DNA of 64,000 bases from Candidatus Doudnabacteria bacterium RIFCSPHIGHO2_12_FULL_48_16 (GCA_001780035.1 MFEY01000007.1:262343-326342), one strand, 5' to 3'. Positions 1-10,176 are shown, counted from the stretch's first letter. Made by a program: numbers and translations. Notes: a model not told the origin generated them from the sequence alone.

Positions 1-276
1 AAACAGCCATCGCCAGGATTTGTAGGGCATGCAGCGGCCGAAGCGGTTCCAGATATGTGCTAAGAAAGCGAGTGCTGTGAGCTCTTTGTCCCCGGGCCGG
101 ATCCGAGTTCCGCGATCCGCATAATCATACCGCGGCCCCCAAGGCGTAAAGAGCGTCACCGCTTCCTGCCGAAGTCTCGGCAACACAGCGACTTCGTAAC
201 GGGCGGCGCGACCGGTGCAGTAATGCGGGTAGAACCGGGTATTGAACCACCTAACTCCACGATCCTGTTCCTTCAT
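1..276 (-). CDS. hypothetical protein, partial (runs off window start)
   Basis: ATG at 276 preceded by AAGGAG; frame open to position 1 (MKEQDRGVRWFNTRFYPHYC...). Confidence 0.6.
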   Translation of the reverse strand, partial: MKEQDRGVRWFNTRFYPHYCTGRAARYEVAVLPRLRQEAVTLFTPWGPRYDYADRGTRIRPGDKELTALAFLAHIWNRFGRCMPYKSWRWLF

Positions 277-285
277 TGTTTCTCC

Positions 286-540
286 TTAACAAGGCGGCGG
301 AATATCATAGCCGTCGCTCTCGCCGATTTCAGGATTTGTCGCCGCGGCGGCCCAGCTGACCGCAAGCATATGCAGCACCAGCCAAGCGACCAGCACGCCA
401 ACGACCAAACTCTTGCGCGGCGCGAAAAAGTCTTGGTGGGCAGAAACCGCGTAAGCCACCCCCAGACCGGCCGATTGCGACAACAGACAGATTGCCAAGA
501 TCCGATGCTTTTTGACCGTTGACCAAAGATGTATGACCAT
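286..540 (-). CDS. small hypothetical membrane protein
   Basis: 84 aa ORF with two hydrophobic stretches; AAAGGAGG SD upstream. Confidence 0.6.
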   Translation of the reverse strand: MVIHLWSTVKKHRILAICLLSQSAGLGVAYAVSAHQDFFAPRKSLVVGVLVAWLVLHMLAVSWAAAATNPEIGESDGYDIPPPC

Positions 541-643
541 TAATCCTCCTTTGTAAAATCGAAAAAATAAATCCCCCGCAACTTGCAGGGGTTAGTAAGA
601 ATCAGTATTTTAATACGTATCTTAATAAGTATTAATACCGCGC

Positions 644-970
644 CTAACCAACCCCTCCAGCAGAGCGGTTGGAATGATGATTCAAGCGATTCAAAATCAA
701 ACGATAGCCGCCCATACCAGCCTTGAGCCATTGGGCCACTCGAGTTACTGTTGCGGTTGTCGTTCGAGCTTCTTTGGCAATCACCAAATAAGACTTGTTG
801 CCCTTGGCGAGCATGCGGGCGACCCGAAAACGATTGGCGAATTCTTTCAGTTCTGACAAAGTCAAAAGATCCCGGAAGAACATCTCACACTCCGGCACAG
901 TTTTAAGCGCTAATACGGCCTCAAACAACTTGGTCGTATCCCGATTTATCCATCGTTTTTGTGCTAACAT
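644..970 (-). CDS. YerC/YecD (TrpR-like) DNA-binding protein
   Basis: FFRDLLTLSEL...RFRVARML...TTTATVTRV pattern typical of the TrpR-like family. Confidence 0.88.
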   Translation of the reverse strand: MLAQKRWINRDTTKLFEAVLALKTVPECEMFFRDLLTLSELKEFANRFRVARMLAKGNKSYLVIAKEARTTTATVTRVAQWLKAGMGGYRLILNRLNHHSNRSAGGVG

Positions 971-976
971 GCTAGC

Positions 977-1005
977 ATGATATATTACTTAACCCGAAAT
1001 GTCAA
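977..1005 (-). promoter_or_regulatory. sigma70-type promoter, probably leaderless transcript of the TrpR-like gene
   Basis: TTGACA-N17-TATCAT, 6 nt before the ATG at 970. Confidence 0.65.
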
Positions 1006-1014
1006 GGGCAAAAC

Positions 1015-1040
1015 AAAAACGGCCCACAAAGGCCGTTTTT
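1015..1040 (-). terminator. intrinsic terminator after uvrA
   Basis: AAAAACGGCC-loop-GGCCGTTTTT. Confidence 0.7.
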
Positions 1041-1050
1041 AATAATAATC

Positions 1051-3936
1051 TTATTTCACTTTCACTTTTTCCTTGAGAACTCTTGCCAAATACTGGCCAG
1101 TATAGCTTTTTTTAACTTTCGCCACTTCTTCCGGTGTGCCCACGGCTACAACGAACCCGCCCTTATGCCCGCCTTCGGGGCCGAGGTCAATAATCCAATC
1201 CGCGGATTTGATGACGTCGAGATTATGCTCAATCACCAGCACGGTGTTACCCTTTTCCACCAAACGGTTCAAGACGCCGAGCAGGCGTTTGACGTCGTCA
1301 AAATGCAAACCCGTGGTCGGTTCGTCCAAAATATACAAAGTCCGGCCGGTCGAGGCGCGCGACAGCTCGGTCGCCAGCTTGATGCGCTGGGCTTCGCCGC
1401 CGGAGAGTGTGGTCGCCTGCTGGCCTAGGTGCATGTAGCCGAGGCCAACCAGAGACAAAGTTTCCAATTTGCGGGAAATCAGCGGCACGGCACGGAAAAA
1501 CACATAGGCTTCATCCACGGTCATTTCCAGCACATCCGAAATGGTCTTGCCCTTGTAATGGATATCCAGCGCTTCCTTATTGTAGCGCTTGCCTTTGCAT
1601 TCCTCGCAGGTGACATAGACATCGGGCAGAAAATGCATTTCGATTTTAATCACGCCGTCGCCGCCGCAAACTTCGCAGCGGCCGCCTTTGACGTTAAAAC
1701 TAAACCGGCCGGCTTTGTAACCGCGCATCCGGGCTTCCTGGGTGGCGGCAAACAAATCCCGGATATAAGTGAAGACGCCGGTATAGGTTGCCGGGTTGGA
1801 GCGCGGCGTGCGGCCGATCGGCGATTGGTCAATGTTGATGACCTTGTCGACATTTTCGATCCCCAAAATTTTCTTATGGTCGCCGGCGGATTCCTTGGCG
1901 TTATAAAAATAAGCGGACAAGGCTTTGGCCAAAATTTCATTCAGTAAAGTCGACTTGCCCGAGCCGGATACGCCAGTTAAACAGACAAATTTGCCCAGCG
2001 GAATTTCGACATCGATGTTTTTCAGATTATGTTCGGTGGCGCCGATGACCTTCAGCGTTTTGCTGCTGCCTTTTTTGCGGGTTTGCGGCACGACCACGCT
2101 TTCCTCGCCGGAGAGGTATCTGCCGGTCAAAGAATTTTTATCCTTGGCCACTTGGCTGGGCGTGCCTTCCGCCACCAATTGCCCACCGTGCTTGCCCGCG
2201 CCCGGGCCAATGTCGATCACCCAGTCCGATTCCCAAATGGTTTCTTCGTCATGCTCCACGACAATCACGGTGTTGCCGAGATCGCGGAGATTTTTCAGGG
2301 TTTTGAGCAGCCGGTCGTTATCCCGCTGATGCAGGCCGATCGAGGGCTCGTCCAAAATATACAAAACGCCGGTTAAGCCGGAGCCAATTTGAGTGGCCAA
2401 CCGGATACGCTGCGCTTCGCCGCCGGAGAGCGTATCCGCCGAACGATCCAAGGTCAGGTAATTGAGGCCCACATCCTGCAAAAATTTCAGGCGGGCCACG
2501 ATTTCCTTAAAAATCTGATGCGCGATCTTCATATCCTTCTCCGACATTTTCTTAGGCAGACTTTCGGTCCATTCAATGGCCTCGTCAATGCTGAAGTTGG
2601 CGACATCAACAATCGATTTGCTGTCAATTGTTACGGCCAAAAATTCCGGCTTTAAGCGGCGACCGCCGCAGGTCGGGCATTTTCTGATCCGCATATATTG
2701 CTCAATCTCACCGCGCATATAATCGGAATCGGTTTCCTTATATTTGCGCTCCAGGTTCGGAATCACGCCTTCAAACGAAGTCGTGCGCTTGTAGCCCGAT
2801 TCGTCCTCGATCTCAATTTTGCGGTCCGCCGTGCCATAAAGCACGACATCCAGATATTTTTTGGGCAGATCCCGGACCGGGATATGGATGGAAAAACCGT
2901 AGGCATCGGCCAGGGCCGAAAGCACCCGGGAATACCACGACAGCCGTGAGGTGGTTTTGCTCCACGGGCGGATCGCCCCTTCCGCCAAGGTCAGCTTCAG
3001 GTTGGGGATAACCAGTTCCGGCGTGATCTCGAGGCGCGTGCCGAGGCCGGTACAGTCCGGACAAGCCCCATGCGGGGAATTAAAAGAAAAATTGCGGGGA
3101 TTCAGTTCCGGCAAGTTCGTGTGGCCATCCGGACAGGCAAAATTGGAGGAGAGCATAACTTCGCCCGCCTCGGCTCGATTTTGAGCTTTATCGCCGAGTC
3201 GAGACGGGTCTTTCTCGCCCTTCTGAACGACAATCGAATCATTGCCCAAATCCAGGGCGGTCTCCAGCGAATCGGCCACCCGAGCCCGTTCGTTGGAGTC
3301 AATCACAATCCGATCCACGACCACGTCAATCGTATGCTTCTTCTTTTTATCTACGGTCAGTTGCAGCGCTTCCGCCAAATCCATGACCGTGCCATCAAAC
3401 CGCACGCGCTGGTAGCCGCTTTTTTTCGCTTCCTCCAGCAAATGCTTGTGCTCGCCTTTCTGGTCCTTGACCAGCGGGGCCATAATCACGATTTTGGTAT
3501 CTTTCGGCCAATTCATAATTTGGTCAACCATTTGAGTCACCGTTTGGCCGACGATTTTCTTGCCGCAAACCGGACAATGCGGCACCCCGACGCGGGCAAA
3601 CAATAAGCGCAAATAATCATAGATTTCCGTGACCGTGCCGACCGTCGAGCGCGGATTATGCGACGCAGATTTTTGGTCAATCGAGATCGCGGGGCTCAAG
3701 CCTTCAATTCGGTCGACATCCGGTTTGTCCATCAGGCCCAAAAACTGCCGCGCGTAGGCAGAAAGCGACTCAACATAGCGGCGTTGGCCTTCGGCGTAGA
3801 TGGTGTCAAAGGCCAGGGAGGATTTGCCGCTGCCCGAAAGACCCGTGATGACCACGAGCTTGTTGCGAGGAATGTCGACGTTGATATTTTTCAAGTTGTG
3901 CACCCGCGCACCGCGGATGACAATTTTGTCAGTCAT
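1051..3936 (-). CDS. uvrA: excinuclease ABC subunit A
   Basis: two Walker A motifs ([16 protein letters not shown]), LSGGEAQRI signatures, zinc fingers. Confidence 0.98.
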   Translation of the reverse strand: MTDKIVIRGARVHNLKNINVDIPRNKLVVITGLSGSGKSSLAFDTIYAEGQRRYVESLSAYARQFLGLMDKPDVDRIEGLSPAISIDQKSASHNPRSTVGTVTEIYDYLRLLFARVGVPHCPVCGKKIVGQTVTQMVDQIMNWPKDTKIVIMAPLVKDQKGEHKHLLEEAKKSGYQRVRFDGTVMDLAEALQLTVDKKKKHTIDVVVDRIVIDSNERARVADSLETALDLGNDSIVVQKGEKDPSRLGDKAQNRAEAGEVMLSSNFACPDGHTNLPELNPRNFSFNSPHGACPDCTGLGTRLEITPELVIPNLKLTLAEGAIRPWSKTTSRLSWYSRVLSALADAYGFSIHIPVRDLPKKYLDVVLYGTADRKIEIEDESGYKRTTSFEGVIPNLERKYKETDSDYMRGEIEQYMRIRKCPTCGGRRLKPEFLAVTIDSKSIVDVANFSIDEAIEWTESLPKKMSEKDMKIAHQIFKEIVARLKFLQDVGLNYLTLDRSADTLSGGEAQRIRLATQIGSGLTGVLYILDEPSIGLHQRDNDRLLKTLKNLRDLGNTVIVVEHDEETIWESDWVIDIGPGAGKHGGQLVAEGTPSQVAKDKNSLTGRYLSGEESVVVPQTRKKGSSKTLKVIGATEHNLKNIDVEIPLGKFVCLTGVSGSGKSTLLNEILAKALSAYFYNAKESAGDHKKILGIENVDKVINIDQSPIGRTPRSNPATYTGVFTYIRDLFAATQEARMRGYKAGRFSFNVKGGRCEVCGGDGVIKIEMHFLPDVYVTCEECKGKRYNKEALDIHYKGKTISDVLEMTVDEAYVFFRAVPLISRKLETLSLVGLGYMHLGQQATTLSGGEAQRIKLATELSRASTGRTLYILDEPTTGLHFDDVKRLLGVLNRLVEKGNTVLVIEHNLDVIKSADWIIDLGPEGGHKGGFVVAVGTPEEVAKVKKSYTGQYLARVLKEKVKVK
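3164..3208. repeat. 45-bp palindromic in-frame insertion in uvrA
   Basis: CCCGCCTCGGCTCG...CGAGTCGAGACGGG; encodes [15 protein letters not shown]. Confidence 0.7.
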
Positions 3937-4084
3937 AGGGGGTCACTCTTCCGCTGCAAAAATAACGAACTTGAGAAAGCCCTCAGCCGCAGAGGGTTAA
4001 TAAAAGCTTGGATAGTATATACCGGAAAAACCCCCGTGGCAAGCCCGAAGACCCCACAAACGGCAGTTGTGATAGAATGGCTTT

Positions 4085-5917
4085 ATGGCTGCTAATTTTG
4101 CTCAGAAACTGACCGATTTGCCCAAAAAACCCGGCGTCTATATCTTCAAAGACCAGGCCGGCGCGGTTTTATACGTGGGCAAAGCGGTCAACCTGCGCGC
4201 ACGGGTTGGTTCTTATTTTAAACAAGGCGCCGAAGCGGTGCGATCCCGGATCCAAATCATGATCGCTCAAATCGCGGATCTGGATTATGTCGTGACTGAC
4301 AACGAAACCGAGAGCTTGATTTTGGAAAATAACTTCATCAAACAACTCAAGCCCAAATATAATGTCATGTTGCGGGACGATAAAAATTATCTGTTTATCA
4401 AAATCAATTTGCAAGATGAAATCCCAACCATTGATTTCGAGCACAGAATCACGGACCGCAAGGCCCGCCACTTCGGTCCTTACACCTCGGGCCTGGCCAT
4501 CAAAGATACACTGCGGCTCCTGCGCCGGATTTTTCCATACTGCGCCAATGCCAAAATCGGCAGCAAGCCCTGTTTCTACTACCACATCGGCAAATGTCCG
4601 GGGGTCTGTTTTGGCCAAATCAGCGTCAGCGACTACCGGGAAAATTACATTAAAAAAATCATCAAATTTTTGGAAGGCCGCCAAGTTGAAGTGCTGCAAG
4701 ACCTCCAACGACAAATGAAAACCGCGGCCGGTCGGCGACAATTTGAGACAGCGGCCAAGATCCGGAACCAGATCTTTGCCTTAAATCGCGTCCTGGAGCG
4801 GCAAAAAATCGTTTATGCTCAAAAAATCAACCAAGATGTATTTTCTTTATACCAAGACGGCGCGGCCTGCGTTAATTTATTTATCATCCGCGAAGGCAAA
4901 CTGATTCAAAAAGAAAACTTTATCCTGGACAATGCCAAGCAATCATCCACAGCGGAAATTTTGGAGAGTTTTCTGCCGCGCTACTATCTGGACGCCAGCA
5001 GTAAACCCAAAGAGATCTTATTGCCCGTGAAAATTAACGAGGAAGAAATATTATCGTCTTTGCAAGCGACAGCGAAGCAATCCCAAAATGAGATTGCTTC
5101 GTCGTCCCGATTAATCGGGACTCCTCGCAAAGACAGAATCAAAATCCAAACCCCAACCCGCGGCACCAAGCATGAATTGATCAAGCTCGGCGAGCTGAAT
5201 GCCAAACAATATCTCGAAGCCGCTTCCGACAAGCACCTCCTCGAGGAAGCGCGGCTCATGAGTTCCCTGCGGGAGCTCCAACGGATCCTGAAGCTGCCGC
5301 AGCTACCCGGCCGCATTGAAGCTTATGACATTTCCAACATCCAAGGCACCAACGCCGTGGGGTCGATGGTTGTGTTTGATTTCGGGCGGCCCAAAAAAGA
5401 CCAGTATCGCAAGTTCAAGATCAACAAAAAACAGACCCCGGATGACTTCGCCATGATGCGCGAGATGCTGGAACGAAGGTTCAAAAAAGCCTGGAGCGCC
5501 CCTGACCTGATTCTGATCGACGGCGGCAAGGGCCAACTCAATGCAGCGATCACCGCATTGAAAATTACAAATTACAAATTCCAAATTCCAATTCTGGGTC
5601 TAGCCAAGCGGCTGGAGGAAATTTTTCTGCCCGGCCGAAAAACCCCCGTCATCTTACCGCCCAATTCCATCGGGCTGTTTCTCCTGCAACGCATTCGCGA
5701 CGAAGCGCACCGGTTTGCCGTAAAGTATCACCGCACTCTGCGCTCCCGCAAATCCTTAACCTCAGTTCTCGATTCAATCACCGGTGTCGGCCCGAATAAG
5801 AAACGCCGGCTGTTGTTGCAATTTGGTTCGGCGGAAAAAATTCGGCAAGCCTCGCTGACTGAGCTGGCGGCAATTGTCGGCGGCAGCGTGGCGGAAAAAA
5901 TCAAGGCCAGCCTATAA
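4085..5917 (+). CDS. uvrC: excinuclease ABC subunit C
   Basis: N-terminal GIY-YIG (GVY...YVGKA), RIEAYDISN, PDLILIDGGKGQ, C-terminal HhH. Confidence 0.97.
   Translation: MAANFAQKLTDLPKKPGVYIFKDQAGAVLYVGKAVNLRARVGSYFKQGAEAVRSRIQIMIAQIADLDYVVTDNETESLILENNFIKQLKPKYNVMLRDDKNYLFIKINLQDEIPTIDFEHRITDRKARHFGPYTSGLAIKDTLRLLRRIFPYCANAKIGSKPCFYYHIGKCPGVCFGQISVSDYRENYIKKIIKFLEGRQVEVLQDLQRQMKTAAGRRQFETAAKIRNQIFALNRVLERQKIVYAQKINQDVFSLYQDGAACVNLFIIREGKLIQKENFILDNAKQSSTAEILESFLPRYYLDASSKPKEILLPVKINEEEILSSLQATAKQSQNEIASSSRLIGTPRKDRIKIQTPTRGTKHELIKLGELNAKQYLEAASDKHLLEEARLMSSLRELQRILKLPQLPGRIEAYDISNIQGTNAVGSMVVFDFGRPKKDQYRKFKINKKQTPDDFAMMREMLERRFKKAWSAPDLILIDGGKGQLNAAITALKITNYKFQIPILGLAKRLEEIFLPGRKTPVILPPNSIGLFLLQRIRDEAHRFAVKYHRTLRSRKSLTSVLDSITGVGPNKKRRLLLQFGSAEKIRQASLTELAAIVGGSVAEKIKASL
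5055..5135. repeat. ~81-bp multi-hairpin palindromic in-frame insertion in uvrC
   Basis: outer GTCTTTGC/GCAAAGAC; inner CGAAGCAATC/GATTGCTTCG and TCCCGATTAATCGGGA. Confidence 0.75.
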
Positions 5918-5977
5918 ATCTGTTGACTAATTACGCCCTTTCTGGCAAAATAACAAAGCCCTAATTTACTCAACTTT

Positions 5978-6196
5978 ATGAATAATATTTTAATCTACGC
6001 TTTGGTTATTGTTGATGTTTTGCTGGTTATTTCAATCCTTCTGCAGCAGCGCGAAGGCGGCCTGTCCACCGTATTTGGGGGCGAAGGCGCAGTTTATCGC
6101 CAAAAGCGCGGCTTGGCCCGCGGCTTGCACTTTTTTACCATTGGACTCGTGGTGATTTTCGCCGCACTCAGCGTCGCCATCATCTTCTTCCAATAA
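5978..6196 (+). CDS. secG: preprotein translocase subunit SecG
   Basis: ILLQQREGGLSTVFGG motif, two TM helices. Confidence 0.9.
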   Translation: MNNILIYALVIVDVLLVISILLQQREGGLSTVFGGEGAVYRQKRGLARGLHFFTIGLVVIFAALSVAIIFFQ

Positions 6197-6202
6197 TAAA
6201 TC

Positions 6203-7939
6203 ATGCGCAGCGCTTGGTTGCATCTCAAAAATTTTTTTAGCCATGTCATTGAAGGCTTGCGCCAATTCCGGCAACTACGCCGGCCGCAGTTTGTTCATAC
6301 CATTGAAACTTTTTCCAAGCGCGATTTATATCTCGCACTCACTGCCGCCATCCTCTTGGTTGCCTCGGGCGGCTTTTTGATTGTTCAACTGTTTACCAGC
6401 CACGGCCCCTACGGCGGCGAACTGACCGAAGGGCTCCTCGGCGAGCCGCAATTTATCAACCCGGTTTACTCAAGCAGCAACAGCACGGACAGCGACCTAA
6501 CGCGCATTGTGTTTGCCCAACTGCTCGCTTACGATTCAGCCGGCAACCTCTCTCCCGACCTGGCAGACAGCCTGCCGGAAATTTCGGCCGACAAAAAAAC
6601 TTTCACTTTGAAACTGAAAGCCAACCTCAAATGGCAAGACGGCGCCGCTCTGTCAGCCGATGATGTCATATTTACCATCCAGACGATTCAAAATCCGGAA
6701 TATGAATCCCCTCTGCGGCCGAACTGGATCCGGGTCAAAGTCCAAAAACTCGACGACGCCACGGTGCAGTTCAAGCTCGGCGAGGTGTCGAATTCGTTTG
6801 TTAACAATTTCGCCCTCGGCATCATTCCCAAACATCTCTGGGAAAATCTGTCGCCCCAAAACTTCCGCCTCTCCGATCAGAACCTGCGGGCCGTGGGCGC
6901 CGGGCCGTTCGGCGTCGATTCGATCAAAAAAACCGCGGACGGCGTGATCAAATCGCTCCGGCTCAAGGCCAATCCTTACTACCATCAAGGCCGGCCGTAT
7001 CTGAACTATCTGACGTTTAAATTTTATGGCGACTATGACACCCTGGTGGCGGCTTACCACGGTCGGGAAGTGCAATCGCTGGGCCTCCTGCCCTTCGACA
7101 AGAGCGCTTTTTCCCTGTCGCGCAACTTGGCTCAATCTTACCAGTTGAATTTGCCCCAATATCAAGCCGTGTTCTTCAACCTGGCCCGGAACGCCGTGCT
7201 CAAAAGCAAAGCCGTGCGCCAGGCGCTTTGGCTGGCGACCGACCGCGACGAAATTATCAGCAAAATTTATGCCGGCAACGTCGCGCCGGCTTTCGGCCCA
7301 ATCCAGCCCTTATCGCTGGGCTTTAACCCGGCGATCGAGCAGTCCGTCCATTACAGCCTCGGGGAAGCCGCCATGATCTTGGACAAAGCCGGCTGGGTTA
7401 TGGACGCCAAAACCGGCGTGCGCGCCAAAGGCAAACAAGTGCTGGAATTCAACTTGGTCACGTCCGGCAACCTGGTGCTCAATGTTCAGGCGGCACAGAT
7501 GCTGCAAGAGCAATGGAATAAAATCGGGGCCAAAATCAATTTGATCATTGTCAGCCCGCGGCAATTGCACGACGATTACATCAAGGGCCGGACCTTTGAT
7601 GCGATTTTAACTTCCGAAAACACAGGCGCAGACCCGGATCCGTTTCCGTTTTGGCACACCAGCCAATCCCATGATCCGGGACTCAATCTTTCCGGTTTTT
7701 CCAGCACCGAAGCCGATAAGCTCTTAACCGAAGCGCGCCAAACCGCGGATAACAATGTCCGGATTCGCGATTACCAACGGTTCCAGGAAATTATCAACGG
7801 CGAGCTGCCGGCAATTTTTCTGACGCGTTCGCTCTATCTTTACAACGTCCCCCAAAACCTCCAGGGCATTAACTTGGCCAATATTTATTACGCTTACGAA
7901 CGGTTCATCGACATCAATCAGTGGTATTTCGGCAATTAA
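6203..7939 (+). CDS. peptide ABC transporter substrate-binding protein (family 5)
   Basis: PDLA...FTLKLK..LKWQDG..LSADDVIFT motif; N-terminal TM anchor. Confidence 0.9.
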   Translation: MRSAWLHLKNFFSHVIEGLRQFRQLRRPQFVHTIETFSKRDLYLALTAAILLVASGGFLIVQLFTSHGPYGGELTEGLLGEPQFINPVYSSSNSTDSDLTRIVFAQLLAYDSAGNLSPDLADSLPEISADKKTFTLKLKANLKWQDGAALSADDVIFTIQTIQNPEYESPLRPNWIRVKVQKLDDATVQFKLGEVSNSFVNNFALGIIPKHLWENLSPQNFRLSDQNLRAVGAGPFGVDSIKKTADGVIKSLRLKANPYYHQGRPYLNYLTFKFYGDYDTLVAAYHGREVQSLGLLPFDKSAFSLSRNLAQSYQLNLPQYQAVFFNLARNAVLKSKAVRQALWLATDRDEIISKIYAGNVAPAFGPIQPLSLGFNPAIEQSVHYSLGEAAMILDKAGWVMDAKTGVRAKGKQVLEFNLVTSGNLVLNVQAAQMLQEQWNKIGAKINLIIVSPRQLHDDYIKGRTFDAILTSENTGADPDPFPFWHTSQSHDPGLNLSGFSSTEADKLLTEARQTADNNVRIRDYQRFQEIINGELPAIFLTRSLYLYNVPQNLQGINLANIYYAYERFIDINQWYFGN

Positions 7940-7958
7940 AAAACGCCAACGCGTTTCT

Positions 7959-8216
7959 TGGTGGGCACGGAGAGATTTGAACTCTCACGGGCGTAAGCCC
8001 ACACGTGACTTCCGCGTGCGCGCCCCGCACTAAATTTTGCTAAATTATTTTGGTGCTCGAGGGGAGATTCGAACTCCCACAGCCTTACGGCCATACGCTC
8101 CTGAAGCGTACGTGTATACCAGTTCCACCACTCGAGCAAAATTAGTGCGGGGTAAATATACCAGCCTGTCCCGCACCATTGCTTCGCGTCTGGTGCTGGG
8201 ATTCCGCCACGTGCCC
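7959..8216 (-). pseudogene. interrupted tRNA-Leu-like gene (segments 8216-8201, 8163-8157, 8022-7959) enclosing tRNA-Leu(CAG)
   Basis: joined segments give an 87-nt cloverleaf with perfect GGGCACG/CGTGCCC acceptor stem, long variable arm, TTCAAAT loop and ACCA end; anticodon loop GGAAGTC is non-canonical. Confidence 0.8.
8051..8137 (-). tRNA. tRNA-Leu(CAG)
   Basis: GCTCGAG/CTCGAGC acceptor stem, TACGC-TTCAGGA-GCGTA anticodon arm, long variable arm, TTCGAAT, CCA. Confidence 0.95.
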
Positions 8217-8312
8217 TTAACAGTAACTAATATTAGCATAAATTTTGCAAAAGAAAAACGCCGGCAGCTCACATAAGGAGCCGCCGGACGCAGTTGGTAA
8301 AAGTCAGACGCT

Positions 8313-9833
8313 TTAGCGCATAAACGCTTTGGCGTCTTTGTAAATGTTTTCGAAGAATTTCCGATTCCACTCCCATGGATCCGGAACCACATGATATGCG
8401 AACTGGCCCGCGGCGCCTTCCGGAATCCATGACAGGAGCCCCAGGCTTTCCAGATCGTCCAGCAGAAAGACCAGGTCAGACTGCTGGCTGGCCGCCATGT
8501 TCTTGCGCGGGAGATCGAAGGCCTTCTGCATCCCATGGGTCGGTAGCTGGGTGCCGGCGAGGGGGTTGCTGCCGCCGAGCACTCGCTGGTAAACCAGATC
8601 GCGCCCCAGCGAGTTCGTCTCCACCACGCCGAACGAAGCGCCCTCCAGCCGGCGGAGTTCAAAGCCGACGTAGAGCAGACAGCCGAGCGTGGCCGGTTCC
8701 GAGCCCATATACCAGTGCTGGTTAGCCGGGTTGTAAAGCCGGCTTTTCGGATTCACGGTCAGCTCCCCAATCGGCGACATCCCGCTGGTGCGGATCCGGA
8801 TACCGAACACGTCGGGCAAGTTGGGCATGGCTACAACGCGCCCATTACGCCCGTTTCCCCAAGCCTGAATCAGCGCCGCCAGATCGGGAACCCCGTATTT
8901 GGCCACGTCGGATGGGCCGTAGAACGACCACATCCGCTTGCTGAGTTCGCTTTGCCCGTCGAACTTCGGCTGGTTGGCCTGGACGATCTCCTGGTAGTCC
9001 TTCTTGCTGTGCCGGTAGATGGCCAGGAGTTGAGACGCCGCCTCGACCCGGAAGTAATACGACCGGCTCGAGTCGTCGAGATTTTTCAGGAACCGGTAGA
9101 GTTCTGGCTTGTACCGGTTCGTGTTACCAAAATACACGAGCGGATAGCTCAGACTCCGATCCGCGATCAACTGGCGCACCGCAGTAATGGGCGTCCGCTT
9201 GGGATCGAGGTGCACGCCGGTGGAAAGCGAGACCGCCTTGAGCATGTTCCCGTAGCCCATGTGGTATTCGGCGATCTCAAAATCCGGCCGACCATACACA
9301 TCGGTCTGGCGTTTGATCCGTCGCGCCATGGCTGGGATGGCCAAGGTCGGATTGAGCCGGTCGTCGCGAGTGACCACCCTGACCCAGCGTCCTCTCACGC
9401 GCTTGCGCTCTGTCTTCACCAAACCTGCATCAATACCGCCTGAGATGGTGAACTGTGCGCAGCCGACCGCGTCGGAACTCCGGGCATTGCAATCGCCCGC
9501 GCTCTCCAGAAAAATTCTCGCCGCCAAGCGCATGGGATCCAGCCCCTGGGCTTTCGCCGCAGACTGAATGATGTCCCAGAGCCGGGTTTCGAAAATCCGC
9601 TTGGGCGCGTCCCAATACTGGCGGTGCTTCATGATGTTGAACCACTGGGCCCGCGCCATGAGCTCGGTCCGGTTCTTCAACTGGTCCGCGGTCAAGGATT
9701 CACGATCCTTGCCGACCCCGATAATCCGCTGGCTCGGCACGAACGGCCGCGCCAGAGTCGGTTTCTGTGCCACCATCAAAGATGGCATAGCGAAGCCGAC
9801 CAGCAACGCAACTAACACGATTCTTCGCAACAT
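8313..9833 (-). CDS. secreted lytic transglycosylase (SLT-like) with C-terminal DUF5715-like domain
   Basis: signal peptide; LESAG...AVGCAQF...YHMG SLT motifs; NSLGR...THGMQKAFD; GAGGAGG SD. Confidence 0.7.
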   Translation of the reverse strand: MLRRIVLVALLVGFAMPSLMVAQKPTLARPFVPSQRIIGVGKDRESLTADQLKNRTELMARAQWFNIMKHRQYWDAPKRIFETRLWDIIQSAAKAQGLDPMRLAARIFLESAGDCNARSSDAVGCAQFTISGGIDAGLVKTERKRVRGRWVRVVTRDDRLNPTLAIPAMARRIKRQTDVYGRPDFEIAEYHMGYGNMLKAVSLSTGVHLDPKRTPITAVRQLIADRSLSYPLVYFGNTNRYKPELYRFLKNLDDSSRSYYFRVEAASQLLAIYRHSKKDYQEIVQANQPKFDGQSELSKRMWSFYGPSDVAKYGVPDLAALIQAWGNGRNGRVVAMPNLPDVFGIRIRTSGMSPIGELTVNPKSRLYNPANQHWYMGSEPATLGCLLYVGFELRRLEGASFGVVETNSLGRDLVYQRVLGGSNPLAGTQLPTHGMQKAFDLPRKNMAASQQSDLVFLLDDLESLGLLSWIPEGAAGQFAYHVVPDPWEWNRKFFENIYKDAKAFMR

Positions 9834-9952
9834 GTCATCCTCCTCAGGATATCTTAGGAACGACTAACCCCGGATTATACTCGTTTCTGGGCTGTTCGTC
9901 AATGCCCCGCTGCCTATTTTGGCTTATTTTAGCCAATTTTAAGCCTTATGTC

Positions 9953-9981
9953 TTGACAAAACTACCCAAAAGGTATATACT
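9953..9981 (+). promoter_or_regulatory. sigma70-type promoter
   Basis: TTGACA-N17-TATACT. Confidence 0.65.
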
Positions 9982-10176
9982 TGATCGTTACGCTAAAATC
10001 ATGGTCAATGGCTTAGCAGGAAAACTATTGACGATATACATCTGATATTATCGGATTTATCTCGTCGGCAGCTTTCCAAAGCCAGCCGGCGTTTTTACAA
10101 CCCAAGTTCCCGTCCACATCTCAAGCGTAGTCTCGTCCACCGCGTCCGGCCGCATTGTAGCCGCAAGGAGTATCGC

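Noticed and set aside
7936-8276. Small ORFs over the tRNA-Leu locus
   Set aside because: They overlap tRNA sequence and have no independent coding signal.
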